Shown: piece by piece, positions 49,013 through 59,011 of the stretch
Layout of the letters: each line of letters opens with the position of its first letter
Numbering within the stretch: the stretch's first letter is position 1
Assembly (NCBI GenBank): GCA_043771685.1
Contig: JAYVGX010000034.1
Location: 11,690 to 75,689 of the forward strand
Reading direction: 5' to 3'
DNA: 64,000 nt
Source of the DNA: Minisyncoccota bacterium
GTDB taxonomy: Bacteria > Patescibacteriota > Minisyncoccia > Phycocordibacterales > UBA9973
Notes under the pieces: model-generated
What the model saw: the letters and a program-made list of their open reading frames with translations, nothing else
Told to the model about the DNA's origin: nothing
The model's database searches: none
Translations under genes and position numbers: made by a program

Positions 49013-49522
49013 CTAAATCTCCCTACTGTCATACGCCCAGTGTAGGAGTGCTTGACGCTGACGAGGTCGACAAGATACATCGCCTACTCGACAATTTTTT
49101 ATTACTGCACCAACATGTCGACGAATTGCTATCCATCTTTTTATTTGTCTGTTGTCTTCTTTTTCTAATCTGCGTCACATATGATATCGAGCGTACCACT
49201 CAAACCATCCTCTAGGATCGTTTTCATTTATCCAACCCTTTTCGATCCAAACAGACATTGGTTGACTGGCATTTATATTGAAATAATTTAATTCTCTGTG
49301 CGCTTGTTTATCAACAGATAGTTTAGCTCGAGTAAACCAATCTTTGGGATATTCTGTTGGTTTATCAGAAAAATACACTCCCCCAAAAACACCGAGTGCG
49401 AGCATCTGTTTGGGCGTTAGGTCAGGTTTAAAATCTGATCGGAAATTCTTCCCGATTGGTTCGGTTAGGAAATAGACATAGTCTTTTTGAAATGAATTAT
49501 TTACAGTTATTTTCTTTTTCAT
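49013..49522 (-). pseudogene. Conserved hypothetical protein interrupted by an in-frame TGA
   Basis: LTPKQMLALGVFGG, DPRGWFEWYARYHM*RRLEKEDNRQIKRW...RQALLHWAYDSR; frame continues to TAG 49013-49015. Confidence 0.75.
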
Positions 49523-49540
49523 TGAGTATAAATTAGTTTT

Positions 49541-50836
49541 TTATTTGATCATATTTTTTGTAACTTTTGGCATATATAAAATAGGATCTAGATAAGCATT
49601 AACTGCGGCAATCGGCATAATAAATGTTTTACCTGAACAAGACAAACTAGGCACTGTCTTTACACTTGCTCCGTCAGAAGCATAAACTGTCACGTGTAGA
49701 TGTGGTCCAGTCGAGTGACCAGTATTCCCGGAGAGAGCCACTGTATCACCTGTATTAACTTTATCACCAGCTTTTACACTAACAGATGACAAGTGACCGT
49801 AAGTACTAGATAAACCATTATTATATTTTATAAAAACCCACTTACCAAAAGAAGCACCTTTGCAGTATTGATCTGTATCACCAGTACCCACAACGACACC
49901 ATCAGCCATAGACTTCACAGCTGTTCCAACGCTTGCACGAAAATCAACTCCACTATGTGAACCAGAAGCATACAGGCGTCTCGATGAAACAGTACGTCCA
50001 AATAACTGAGTTATTAATACGTTGCCTAATGGCCAGGAGAGGACTCCGCTTCCTTCGCTTGGCAAGGATTTAGGATTGAGAACAAATTTCAATTGTTCTT
50101 CGTACTTACGTAAACTTGATTCAAAGATATCTCTTTTTTTTATTTGTTCGGCTAATTGTTTTTTATAATTAGCTTCTTGGTTTTTTGTTTCCAAAAGCAG
50201 TGTATCTTTTTCTTTTTTTGTACTTTCTATTGCAGTAGTTTTTTCAATCAAAGTTTTCTGTAGGAGTGTCAGATTTTTCTGCTCAACTTCTTTTTTATCT
50301 TTAGAAATATCCATAACTTTAACGTCTTCTTTTATTCCTAACATATGGCGTCGGATACTTTCATTTATAAGTAAAGTATCGTTATACCCTTTACTAAAGA
50401 AAGAGAGTAACTTCCCACTGAATAATTTCTCTAATTCGTTCACTTCATCATTCTGATGCATATCATAAACCAAATTAGATAATGACTTTTTTGAAGAAAT
50501 TATGTTTTGGTTTTGAGTATCGATATTTTTTTCTAAACTTTTTATTACACTATTTGCTAGAGATATCTTTTTATTAGTTAGCTCTTTTTCTTTTAATAAT
50601 TTATTGCGAATTAGATTCAGTTCTGTAATGATTTTTTTTAGACTATTGGCTTCGACATTGGTTTTAGCTATTTGGTTTTCGTATTTTTTTATTTCAGTAT
50701 TGATTTTCTCGATTTGCTCATTGGTCTTGTTTATTTGATCCTGTAGCTCAGATGCTTCATCAGCAAAGACAGTATGATTCATAAAAAACATAAGAGAAAA
50801 AACCAGCACTATATTAAATATAATTTTTTTTAACAC
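49541..50836 (-). CDS. Coiled-coil M23 peptidoglycan endopeptidase
   Basis: Signal peptide, long coiled coil, HSGVD, YGHL, STGPHLH. Confidence 0.9.
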   Translation of the reverse strand: MLKKIIFNIVLVFSLMFFMNHTVFADEASELQDQINKTNEQIEKINTEIKKYENQIAKTNVEANSLKKIITELNLIRNKLLKEKELTNKKISLANSVIKSLEKNIDTQNQNIISSKKSLSNLVYDMHQNDEVNELEKLFSGKLLSFFSKGYNDTLLINESIRRHMLGIKEDVKVMDISKDKKEVEQKNLTLLQKTLIEKTTAIESTKKEKDTLLLETKNQEANYKKQLAEQIKKRDIFESSLRKYEEQLKFVLNPKSLPSEGSGVLSWPLGNVLITQLFGRTVSSRRLYASGSHSGVDFRASVGTAVKSMADGVVVGTGDTDQYCKGASFGKWVFIKYNNGLSSTYGHLSSVSVKAGDKVNTGDTVALSGNTGHSTGPHLHVTVYASDGASVKTVPSLSCSGKTFIMPIAAVNAYLDPILYMPKVTKNMIK

Positions 50837-50851
50837 TTTATTATTATACTA

Positions 50852-52333
50852 TTATTTCGTCAATATTTCTATAGAAATGCTCAGTCTTTTTATCGTTTGT
50901 TCTTTTCCAAGAATCTCGGAAAGAGTGAATGGATCTGGACTTTTATCTAACCCTGATAAGGCATAGCGCATAGGCCACAACACATCCCCTCGTCCAACTT
51001 TTTCTGCAAAAGGAAAAATTATTTCTTTGATATTTTCTTTAGTAAATTCTTTCTCGTCTATTTTTTCTAGTAGAGAAATGAGTTCTGACATATAAGTTGC
51101 GAGAATGTTGTATTTATCATCTGACTCTAATTTAGAATTTTTGAAAAGTAAAAAATCTTTCTGATAAACAGGCTCGATGAAAAAGTAATTTAATTCACCA
51201 TTGTCTATCATGTCTACAACATCTTTACCTTTTGAAACACGTTCCATAACTATAGGAGTGATGTTGTGGAGCATGGTAGTTGTATAAGTTGGTAAAGACT
51301 TTATGTGTTCTGGAACAAACTTGGAAATAAAAATTTCTTTATCTTCGTAAGAGAGTTTCTTTAGATGCTCTCTATTGAACCAATCGAGTTTATCGGTATT
51401 GAAACCTCCACCGCTACGATTTATATTTGAAATATCAAATGCCTCTATGAATTCACTGGCACTCATTATCTCTCTTTCATCTCCTGGATTCCATCCTATA
51501 AATACAAGGAAATTCAGCATTGCCTCAGGCAAATATCCTTCTGCTTTATAGTCTAGGATGTCTTTTGCTCCGTCTCTTTTACCTAATTTCTTTTTACCAT
51601 CAGGAGCCATAATAGGTGGTAGAGTCACGAATAGAGGCGGAGTAATCTCTAGAGCTTCATACAAAGCAAGAAATTTAGGTGTTGAAGAAATAAATTCATC
51701 TGCTCTCATGATGTGAGTCACTCCCATTTCTAAATCGTCAATCATATGAGAAAGATTGTAAGTAGGATAACCATCACTTTTAATCAAAATGAAATCATCA
51801 AGTGCTTCTGGTCCAGCAGAAAGTTCTCCGTACACGAGATCATTCCAATGATATGATTTTATATTTGAAACCTTGAATCGAAGTGGTTGCGTACCGTCCC
51901 ACACAGGTGGATTCTCTGGTCTGTGATCTCTAAATAAAAATGGTCTCTTTTCTTCTTGAGCTTTTTGTCTGAAACCCTCCACTTCTTCTTGCGTGTACGG
52001 ATCCGCATATGCTAGTCCTTTATCTGCTAAAATCTGTGCATATTTCTTATATGTATCTAATCGCTCTGACTGAAGATAAGGCGCATTTGGACCACCTATG
52101 TCCACTCCTTCATCCCACTGAACTCCAATCCACTTTAATGATTCAACGATATGCTCAATCGAACCCTCTACTTCACGAGCCTTGTCTGTGTCTTCGATAC
52201 GTAGAATAAAGTCTCCTCCATTCTTTCTTGCGAAAGCCCATGCGAAAAGAGCTGTTCTAACACCTCCTATGTGTAAATAACCTGTTGGACTCGGAGCAAA
52301 ACGCGTTACGATTTTTTTATGATTATTGTTCAT
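50852..52333 (-). CDS. gltX: Glutamate--tRNA ligase
   Basis: RFAPSPTGYLHIGG, LRIEDTD, KKLGKRDG. Confidence 0.97.
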   Translation of the reverse strand: MNNNHKKIVTRFAPSPTGYLHIGGVRTALFAWAFARKNGGDFILRIEDTDKAREVEGSIEHIVESLKWIGVQWDEGVDIGGPNAPYLQSERLDTYKKYAQILADKGLAYADPYTQEEVEGFRQKAQEEKRPFLFRDHRPENPPVWDGTQPLRFKVSNIKSYHWNDLVYGELSAGPEALDDFILIKSDGYPTYNLSHMIDDLEMGVTHIMRADEFISSTPKFLALYEALEITPPLFVTLPPIMAPDGKKKLGKRDGAKDILDYKAEGYLPEAMLNFLVFIGWNPGDEREIMSASEFIEAFDISNINRSGGGFNTDKLDWFNREHLKKLSYEDKEIFISKFVPEHIKSLPTYTTTMLHNITPIVMERVSKGKDVVDMIDNGELNYFFIEPVYQKDFLLFKNSKLESDDKYNILATYMSELISLLEKIDEKEFTKENIKEIIFPFAEKVGRGDVLWPMRYALSGLDKSPDPFTLSEILGKEQTIKRLSISIEILTK

Positions 52334-52334
52334 A

Positions 52335-53462
52335 TTATTTTTCGTGAATCATAGCTAGTTGTATAATTTCTTTTGCTATTTCTTCTCCTGCATTTCGATT
52401 AGCAAAAGATTCTGCTTTTTCTTTCATTAATGATAATTTGTTCGGATTATCAAAGAGATCGTTTATATCGTTTTCAAAAACATGAGTTGTTAGATTGGAC
52501 TCTTCTATCACCTTGCAACAACCAGCACGAGCATACGAGTATGCATTTTTTCTTTGATGATCACCGTTTGATTGAGTGATCGGGATTATGATTGAAGGCA
52601 ATCCCCAAGACGCTATTTCAAAAATAGCAGATCCTGCGCGGGAAATCACTAAATCAGCAGAACCTGTTGCCATACGAGTAATTACATTATTCATATAAGG
52701 CAGTGCAACATAACGCCTAGAATAAGAAGAATTTGTTAGAACAAAACTTGATCTACCTTTTACATCTTCGAAATTCTTGACTCCAGTTTGATGAATGACT
52801 TGATATTTCTCTACTAAGTTAGGCAATGAATTTATAATTATATCGTTTATAATCTGTGCACCGCTTGAACCACCGATAATAAGTATCGTGGGAATGTCTT
52901 TGCTTAAATTAAAGTATTCATGTGAATTATTACTACCAGTTAGTAGTATTTCTTTACGAATAGGTTGACCAGTGAATGCTGTTTTTTCTTTTGGAAAATA
53001 CTCTGCTGCTTCGGGCCACGAAACAGCTATACGACGAGCAAATTTAGCTGTCCATAAATTTAAACGTCCAGGATATGAATCTGATTCGTGAAGTATAACA
53101 GGTATACGCAGTATACGAGCAGCAAACACTGCTGGAAAAGCAGCGTAACCACCTTTTGAGACAACTACGTCTGGATAAATAAAAAACATAGATATGAGTC
53201 CAAAAAACATTCCTGTTGCTGTTTTAAAATAATCTATAAAGTTACGGAAAGAAAAGTACAAACGCATTTTACCTGACGGGATCTGGACATAAGTAATACT
53301 ATTTTCAAAAAGCATACGTTTATCGTACGGTGAATCAGACATATAATATAACTTAATATCGATTATTTTTTCTTTCTCTGAAAATTCGATGATTTTTTGT
53401 GCTATAGCGATAAGTGGGTAGAAATGCCCACCAGTCCCCCCGCCTGTTAACAATATTTTCAT
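52335..53462 (-). CDS. murG: Undecaprenyl-PP-MurNAc-pentapeptide GlcNAc transferase
   Basis: TGGGTGGHFYP, KGGY, GGSSGA, SRAGS, HQRKNA. Confidence 0.96.
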   Translation of the reverse strand: MKILLTGGGTGGHFYPLIAIAQKIIEFSEKEKIIDIKLYYMSDSPYDKRMLFENSITYVQIPSGKMRLYFSFRNFIDYFKTATGMFFGLISMFFIYPDVVVSKGGYAAFPAVFAARILRIPVILHESDSYPGRLNLWTAKFARRIAVSWPEAAEYFPKEKTAFTGQPIRKEILLTGSNNSHEYFNLSKDIPTILIIGGSSGAQIINDIIINSLPNLVEKYQVIHQTGVKNFEDVKGRSSFVLTNSSYSRRYVALPYMNNVITRMATGSADLVISRAGSAIFEIASWGLPSIIIPITQSNGDHQRKNAYSYARAGCCKVIEESNLTTHVFENDINDLFDNPNKLSLMKEKAESFANRNAGEEIAKEIIQLAMIHEK

Positions 53463-53506
53463 ATAGTTCTTATTGTAACGTATTTTAAATAATAAAAAAA
53501 GGGTTA

Positions 53507-54619
53507 TTATTCTTTAGGTTTAGCTTTGGTTTGGAAGCGAGATATATTTAAAATTACACCCACCATAGCAAGAGAAAGAAGCAGAGATGTTCCTCCATGA
53601 GATATAAAAACTAAAGGTACGCCAGTTAATGGGAAAACTCCGATGATAGAAGCCATATTCATAAATGATTGAGCTGTTAGCATAGTAACAAAACCGATAA
53701 TGAGTAACCTCGAAAAAGAATCTGGCGCATTTCGTGCTATTTTATATCCACGTAAGAAGAAAATGACATATAGAAATATCACAAACAAACAACCCACGAA
53801 ACCAGTTTCCTCTCCTATGACTGCAAATATCGAGTCGCCTTGTGGTTCGGGTAGATAATTGAATTTCTGAACACTCTGACCTAATCCTCTACCTAAGGTT
53901 CCACCAGATCCGAGTGCGATAAGAGACTGTTGTAGCTGATATGAACTCGTACTACTGTTGGCACTAGGATCGATAAAAGTCTTCACTCTTTCCATTAAAT
54001 ATGGTTTTACTAAAACGAGAATCACGAACAAAACAACAGCCCCACCAAATAGACCCAGTATGTGTTTCCATGGTGCACCAGAAATAAAGAGCATGGTTAT
54101 CGCTGTTATCGTTATTAAAATTAGACTTTTTGTATCTGGTTGTTTTAATAAAACAACTCCTATAATAGAAAGCAATACTCCGAGTGGTACAATACTGAAA
54201 TTGAATTCTCTAACTCTATTACGTGCAAATGACAACCATGCAGCGAAATAAATAATAAAACCAATTTTCAAAAACTCCACAGGCTGAAATGAAAATCCTA
54301 ATACAGAAACCCACCGACGTGCTCCACCATGAGCGAAACCGAATCCTGGTACAAAAACCAAAAGAGTTACGATAATAGATGCTATGAAAAAGAAAAGTGA
54401 ATAATGTTTTAGAAATTTATAAGGTATCTTTAATGAAAAGTATAATGCGATAGAACCACCAACAAGACCAAAGATGAATTGGTTAAAAAGAACGCTATAA
54501 AACTTTGATTCATTGCGAGCAAGTATCCCCAGAGACGCACTAGTGAAAAAAATAACTCCTACAACAACAAGAGAAAGTGTTATGAAAAAGAAAATTTTAT
54601 CAATTTTTTTTATATTCAT
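53507..54619 (-). CDS. ftsW: SEDS protein FtsW/RodA
   Basis: GARRW, FQPVEFLK, QPD, YLPEPQGDSIF, PLTGVPL..ISHGG; located between mraY and murG. Confidence 0.9.
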   Translation of the reverse strand: MNIKKIDKIFFFITLSLVVVGVIFFTSASLGILARNESKFYSVLFNQFIFGLVGGSIALYFSLKIPYKFLKHYSLFFFIASIIVTLLVFVPGFGFAHGGARRWVSVLGFSFQPVEFLKIGFIIYFAAWLSFARNRVREFNFSIVPLGVLLSIIGVVLLKQPDTKSLILITITAITMLFISGAPWKHILGLFGGAVVLFVILVLVKPYLMERVKTFIDPSANSSTSSYQLQQSLIALGSGGTLGRGLGQSVQKFNYLPEPQGDSIFAVIGEETGFVGCLFVIFLYVIFFLRGYKIARNAPDSFSRLLIIGFVTMLTAQSFMNMASIIGVFPLTGVPLVFISHGGTSLLLSLAMVGVILNISRFQTKAKPKE

Positions 54620-54620
54620 A

Positions 54621-55670
54621 CTAGCTAATCAGAAATAAAACAACTCCAAGGATGGCCGACATCAATCCTACAATCCAATACCTCATTGTAACTTTTGATT
54701 TACTCCAACCGATAGCTTCGAAATGATGATGCAACGGTGCAAATAAAAATACTTTCTTCCCATTTCTGAATTTACGTGAAGCAATTTGTAAAACATTAGA
54801 AACGACAGTTGCAAAAAGTGGTAGTGCTATAATTGGCAGAAGTAGTACTGTATCTGTAAGAAAAGCTATAACTGATAGAGTCATAGTGAGTCCCAACATA
54901 CCTGTTTCTCCCATATAAAAACGTGCCGGTGGTATATTGAACCATAAAAAAGAAAGGATACCTCCTGTAACAACAGAACAAAAAACACTTAAATTTATTT
55001 GATTATTAAAAAAAGCAATCAAAGCAAAGCTAGCGAAAACAGAGGCTAGTACACCACCAGAAAGTCCATCGATACCATCGATAACAGATGACGACCAGAC
55101 AGAAAGTGTGACTAAGATAAAAAACGGTATAAATAGAAAACCAAGTTCAATAAAACCCAAAAATGGTACGTACACACTAGATATTTCTAATTTATCAAAA
55201 AACCAAAATGAAATAAGAGTGCTGAATAAAACAATTATACTTACTTTTATATAACGCAATTTAATAGGATCTGTTGCCCAAGTTCCCCGCCCAAAAATCT
55301 GAATTAAATCATCCATTAACCCCAACAATGAAGCGATGATCAGAGTAAATAGTGGTACCAATGTTTGATCACGACTAATAAAATATAATTTTTCAGTAAT
55401 AGCGCTAGGTAATAGCATATACAAAAAACCAATTAAGAAAATGGTAAATACAACAGATAGCCAGATGATGATACCACCGACTCGTGGAGTGGATACTTCG
55501 GACTTGCTGTCGTGGAATCTCTGAATACTACCTGGAGCTATGTTTTCAGAACGTGATTTCTTTTTCCAAAGTTTATATTTATAAAAATAGTGAGTTGCAA
55601 TTGGCGTAATAGATATACCAATAATGAAAGCCACGACACTCGGTAAAAATATCTTTATTGCATTAGTCAT
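54621..55670 (-). CDS. mraY: Phospho-N-acetylmuramoyl-pentapeptide transferase
   Basis: TPRVGG, GLMDD, DGIDGL, FNIPPARFYMGETG, APLHHHFE. Confidence 0.95.
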   Translation of the reverse strand: MTNAIKIFLPSVVAFIIGISITPIATHYFYKYKLWKKKSRSENIAPGSIQRFHDSKSEVSTPRVGGIIIWLSVVFTIFLIGFLYMLLPSAITEKLYFISRDQTLVPLFTLIIASLLGLMDDLIQIFGRGTWATDPIKLRYIKVSIIVLFSTLISFWFFDKLEISSVYVPFLGFIELGFLFIPFFILVTLSVWSSSVIDGIDGLSGGVLASVFASFALIAFFNNQINLSVFCSVVTGGILSFLWFNIPPARFYMGETGMLGLTMTLSVIAFLTDTVLLLPIIALPLFATVVSNVLQIASRKFRNGKKVFLFAPLHHHFEAIGWSKSKVTMRYWIVGLMSAILGVVLFLIS

Positions 55671-56208
55671 TGTTTATTTGTTGTAAAGTTTCTTCTAATT
55701 GTTGACGGATTTTTTCAAAATTTGGCAAGTCCTCGATACTAGACGCTCCCATAAAAGTAAGCGCTTCGATACTTGGTTTGTATAGAACCTTGCGACTATC
55801 AGTGCTGTCGATGTAACGTTCTATCAATCCACGGACAACGAGGTTACGCAATATAAAACCAGAATTAACTCCACGTATATAGTCTATCTCACTACGAGCA
55901 ACTCCATTTTTATACATAACAATAGACAAAGTTTCCAGAGCTGAACGAGTCAACTCTTTTGTAATTTCGTCTTTACGGATTGATTCGATAGTCGGTCCTA
56001 GTTCTTTAACTATACCCAGAACAACTTCGTCTTCGTGACGTACTAAAACCAAACCTCTGTTTTGTAAATTGTTTTCTAGAATCAATAAACTTTTTTCTAT
56101 CTCTTCTATTTCAACATTTAAAAGTTCCGCCAATTTTTTGATTTTGACATTTTCGCCTTTATAAAAAAGCAGGCCTTCTATTTTTTGTTCTAAAGTTATT
56201 TCATTCAT
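55663..56208 (-). CDS. scpB: SMC-Scp complex subunit ScpB
   Basis: IEGLLF, ALETLSIV, RSEIDYIRGVNS. Confidence 0.93.
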   Translation of the reverse strand: MNEITLEQKIEGLLFYKGENVKIKKLAELLNVEIEEIEKSLLILENNLQNRGLVLVRHEDEVVLGIVKELGPTIESIRKDEITKELTRSALETLSIVMYKNGVARSEIDYIRGVNSGFILRNLVVRGLIERYIDSTDSRKVLYKPSIEALTFMGASSIEDLPNFEKIRQQLEETLQQINND

Positions 56209-56217
56209 ATTTTTGTG

Positions 56218-56295
56218 CTTGATAAGTAATATTAAAATTTTTTGTGTCTGGTGACTTACCCCGAGGACCGAAAAATTTTAATATTACTTATCAAG
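56218..56295. repeat. 25-bp perfect inverted repeat with a GC-rich 28-nt loop between scpA and scpB
   Basis: CTTGATAAGTAATATTAAAATTTTT / AAAAATTTTAATATTACTTATCAAG. Confidence 0.9.
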
Positions 56296-57064
56296 ATAAT
56301 TCCTTTACAATTTCCTGCTTATTAATAGTAATGTCATCAAAAGAGTTATTCTGAACTACGTCTAGTATACCCTCACGTACCAATTCTAGCATAGCCAAGA
56401 AAGAAACGATAACGTGAACTTTTGCTTCAGCACTGTCGCGCGCACCAAAGCTTTTTGAAAAATCTTTGAAAGAAGTATTCATAGCACTCTGGATTCTTTC
56501 GGTTAAATTATTTATAACTTCATCTATATTTATAACTTTTTTTATTTCAATTTGAGGTAGTTGAACTTCTTTTTTAGGGGCGTTTTTAAGTACGTCTTCG
56601 ATCGAGATTGCAATTGTATTTACTGTCATTTGACTATCTGGAGAAAATATAGGCTCAGACCAAACACGATCAACAGGAGTAAATATTATTTGAGTACCGA
56701 AATTATTTTTAATTTCAACGCTTGCATTTTTAATTATCTGATAGAGCTTGAGTCTTTGTTCTAGATCAACTATCTTTTCTTTTTCATCATTTGTTAATTC
56801 TAAGTTAGGTAATAATGATTTAGATTTTATGAGTATCAGAGTCGCTGCAATTAAAACGAAATAAGATATATCGGCGATGCGTTTTTCTTGAGGAATATCA
56901 ACTAATTTCTTAACATACGATATATATTCTTCTGTGACTTGAGCAAGCGTTATGTCATTAACAAAAAGCTTGCGTGCCTCTACGAGACTCAGCAATAATT
57001 CCAACGGCCCTTCAAATGAAGGTTGTTTTATACTATATACCGAGATTTTTTCCTCTTCTTGCAT
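56291..57064 (-). CDS. scpA: Segregation/condensation protein ScpA
   Basis: FEGPLELLL, ATLILIKSKSLLP, SFLAMLELV. Confidence 0.94.
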   Translation of the reverse strand: MQEEEKISVYSIKQPSFEGPLELLLSLVEARKLFVNDITLAQVTEEYISYVKKLVDIPQEKRIADISYFVLIAATLILIKSKSLLPNLELTNDEKEKIVDLEQRLKLYQIIKNASVEIKNNFGTQIIFTPVDRVWSEPIFSPDSQMTVNTIAISIEDVLKNAPKKEVQLPQIEIKKVINIDEVINNLTERIQSAMNTSFKDFSKSFGARDSAEAKVHVIVSFLAMLELVREGILDVVQNNSFDDITINKQEIVKELS

Positions 57065-57149
57065 CTTTTGATTATAACAGGATAACGGTGGTATTCAAAA
57101 TAAAAAGCCTGGGACACATTTGTCTCAGGCTTTTAGCGCTATGTAAACA

Positions 57150-57737
57150 TTATTCTATTTTATAAGTTCCTAAAACTGTATCGAAACTTAGCCCATCGAA
57201 AAAATTGGCAATATTAGCATCATACTCTGCTAGTACTTTAAAAGTATTTCTAGATCCTTCTAATCTCATATTTAAAGTAGAATAGCCATTTTGATAGCTC
57301 AATTTTGTAATAAATTTATCATAACCCTCTGCACTTGCTGTTGGTATAGTCATAACCTCTAGATAACGAGTAGCACCAGATTTTAAAGCAAAAGGACCAA
57401 GGACATCAATATGAATTCTACATTCTTCAATGGTAACACCTTCTTTTCTGACTAATTTATCAAATGGATATAGGTCCACTATAACCAAATCGATAGACGA
57501 TAAGCCGCCATCTGTTTCTGGTATACCAGTATATCCTGATACTAGTATAATTTTTCCATCCCGCACATCTAAAGGAAAATATATTTCAAGATGAGAATAA
57601 GTTCCTCCGCTTGAAAAAATAGTTACCTGGCGACAAATTTTAAATAGAGCATCCACCAGCATAACAATATTTTTTTTGTCATGCACATCAATAAATACAT
57701 TTTTAATATGCACGAGATTTTTTACCTCTCTAATCAT
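57150..57737 (-). CDS. Degenerate PurH N-terminal (IMP cyclohydrolase/MGS-like) domain
   Basis: DVHDK, SSGGT, YTGIPETDGGL, IDLVIVDLYPF, IDVLGP; the VKTLHP segment is missing. Confidence 0.7.
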   Translation of the reverse strand: MIREVKNLVHIKNVFIDVHDKKNIVMLVDALFKICRQVTIFSSGGTYSHLEIYFPLDVRDGKIILVSGYTGIPETDGGLSSIDLVIVDLYPFDKLVRKEGVTIEECRIHIDVLGPFALKSGATRYLEVMTIPTASAEGYDKFITKLSYQNGYSTLNMRLEGSRNTFKVLAEYDANIANFFDGLSFDTVLGTYKIE

Positions 57738-57838
57738 AATTTATTTTATTTAATTTTTAGAAAATCAATTTAATTTATTGAAATACTACACTATTATAAT
57801 ATTTTGTAAAGAATAAAAGTTTTCCACAGTTTATATAG

Positions 57839-57877
57839 GTACTTTAGTTGACTAAAGTACTTTACTTTGCTAAAGTG
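57839..57877 (+). promoter_or_regulatory. Tandem YerC/HisR-type operator overlapping the regulator's own promoter
   Basis: GTACTTTAGTTGACTAAAGTAC plus overlapping TACTTTACTTTGCTAAAGTG; contains TTGACT-N17-TAAAGT. Confidence 0.75.
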
Positions 57878-57884
57878 GTTATAT

Positions 57885-58244
57885 ATGAAATTTGATTGGG
57901 ATACAAAAGAAAATAAACAATTTTTAAATGCAATACTTTCACTTGAAAACAAGACTGAAGCCAAGTCTTTTCTTCGCGACCTCATGACCGAAGGCGAGAT
58001 AGTTGAATTTGGCAAAAGACTCGAGGCCGCTCGCCTACTCTCTAATGATACACAGTACGCTCTGATCATAGAGCGTACTGGTCTTTCCTCTACAACTATC
58101 GCCCGCATTTCTAAATGGCTCAGAGGCTCTCTTGGTGGTTACCGCATGATCCTTTCTCGTACCAACAATCTTAAAAATGAAATAAATAACAAGCATCATA
58201 ACAATCCTTCAAAAATTCAGAGAGGATTGCCTTTGACGCGTTAA
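57885..58244 (+). CDS. YerC/YecD (TrpR-like, HisR-type) transcriptional regulator
   Basis: FLRDLMTEGEI..FGKRLEAARLL, TGLSSTTIARISKWL..GGY. Confidence 0.92.
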   Translation: MKFDWDTKENKQFLNAILSLENKTEAKSFLRDLMTEGEIVEFGKRLEAARLLSNDTQYALIIERTGLSSTTIARISKWLRGSLGGYRMILSRTNNLKNEINNKHHNNPSKIQRGLPLTR

Positions 58245-58322
58245 TATTAAAACGTATTCGAATATAACCCCTTCTGAATTTACAGAAGGGGTTTTTAATT
58301 ATTAAAATTAATTTAGAAAAAT

Positions 58323-58874
58323 ATGAAAACAAATAAAAAGTTACAAATAGCAATCATAGGTTCAGCTGGTAAAGACGACTATTTTGGAAATAATGGTGGT
58401 TCAGATAGTCTAATGGAAAAATTAGCAGAAGAAATAGGTTTTTTATTAGCACAAAAAAACATAATAGTTGTTACTGGTGGTAAAAGTGGAATTATGAATT
58501 TTGCCTCCTTGGGTGCTAAAAAAGGAGGTGGAACAACTATCGGCGTTATAAAGGGTAAAAACAGATTTACATCAAATGAATATACTGATGTTGAAGTAAT
58601 CTCTGGGATGGAAGCAGATGGTTTGGATGAAGTGCTTATTTCTTTTATGAGTGATGGATGCATCGTTATAGGTGGTGGAGCAGGTACGCTTCAAGAAGTA
58701 GCTTTGTTTTACAGAAACAACAAACCAATAGTAGTTTTAGGAGGAAGCGGTGCTTGGGCAGATAAATTAAGTGAAATAGATTTTTTAGATGAAAGGAAAA
58801 GAATAAAAATAATAACAGCTTTAAATGCAGAGGATTCTGTAGATAAAATAATAGAAAGTATAAATTTATGTTAA
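58323..58874 (+). CDS. LOG/TIGR00725-family nucleotide-binding protein
   Basis: VTGGKSGIM, GGTTIG, IGGGAGTLQEV, KPIVVL. Confidence 0.85.
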   Translation: MKTNKKLQIAIIGSAGKDDYFGNNGGSDSLMEKLAEEIGFLLAQKNIIVVTGGKSGIMNFASLGAKKGGGTTIGVIKGKNRFTSNEYTDVEVISGMEADGLDEVLISFMSDGCIVIGGGAGTLQEVALFYRNNKPIVVLGGSGAWADKLSEIDFLDERKRIKIITALNAEDSVDKIIESINLC

Positions 58875-59011
58875 AAAATTATTTAAATAAAAATAATAAC
58901 CATAGTAACTCATTTTTCTTAAAAGAAATTGGGGTGTATTTAATATTTTAATGTAAATCAATTTCTTTTTGGAAAATCCAGAAAGTAATTGTACATTAAA
59001 AAATAAATAAA

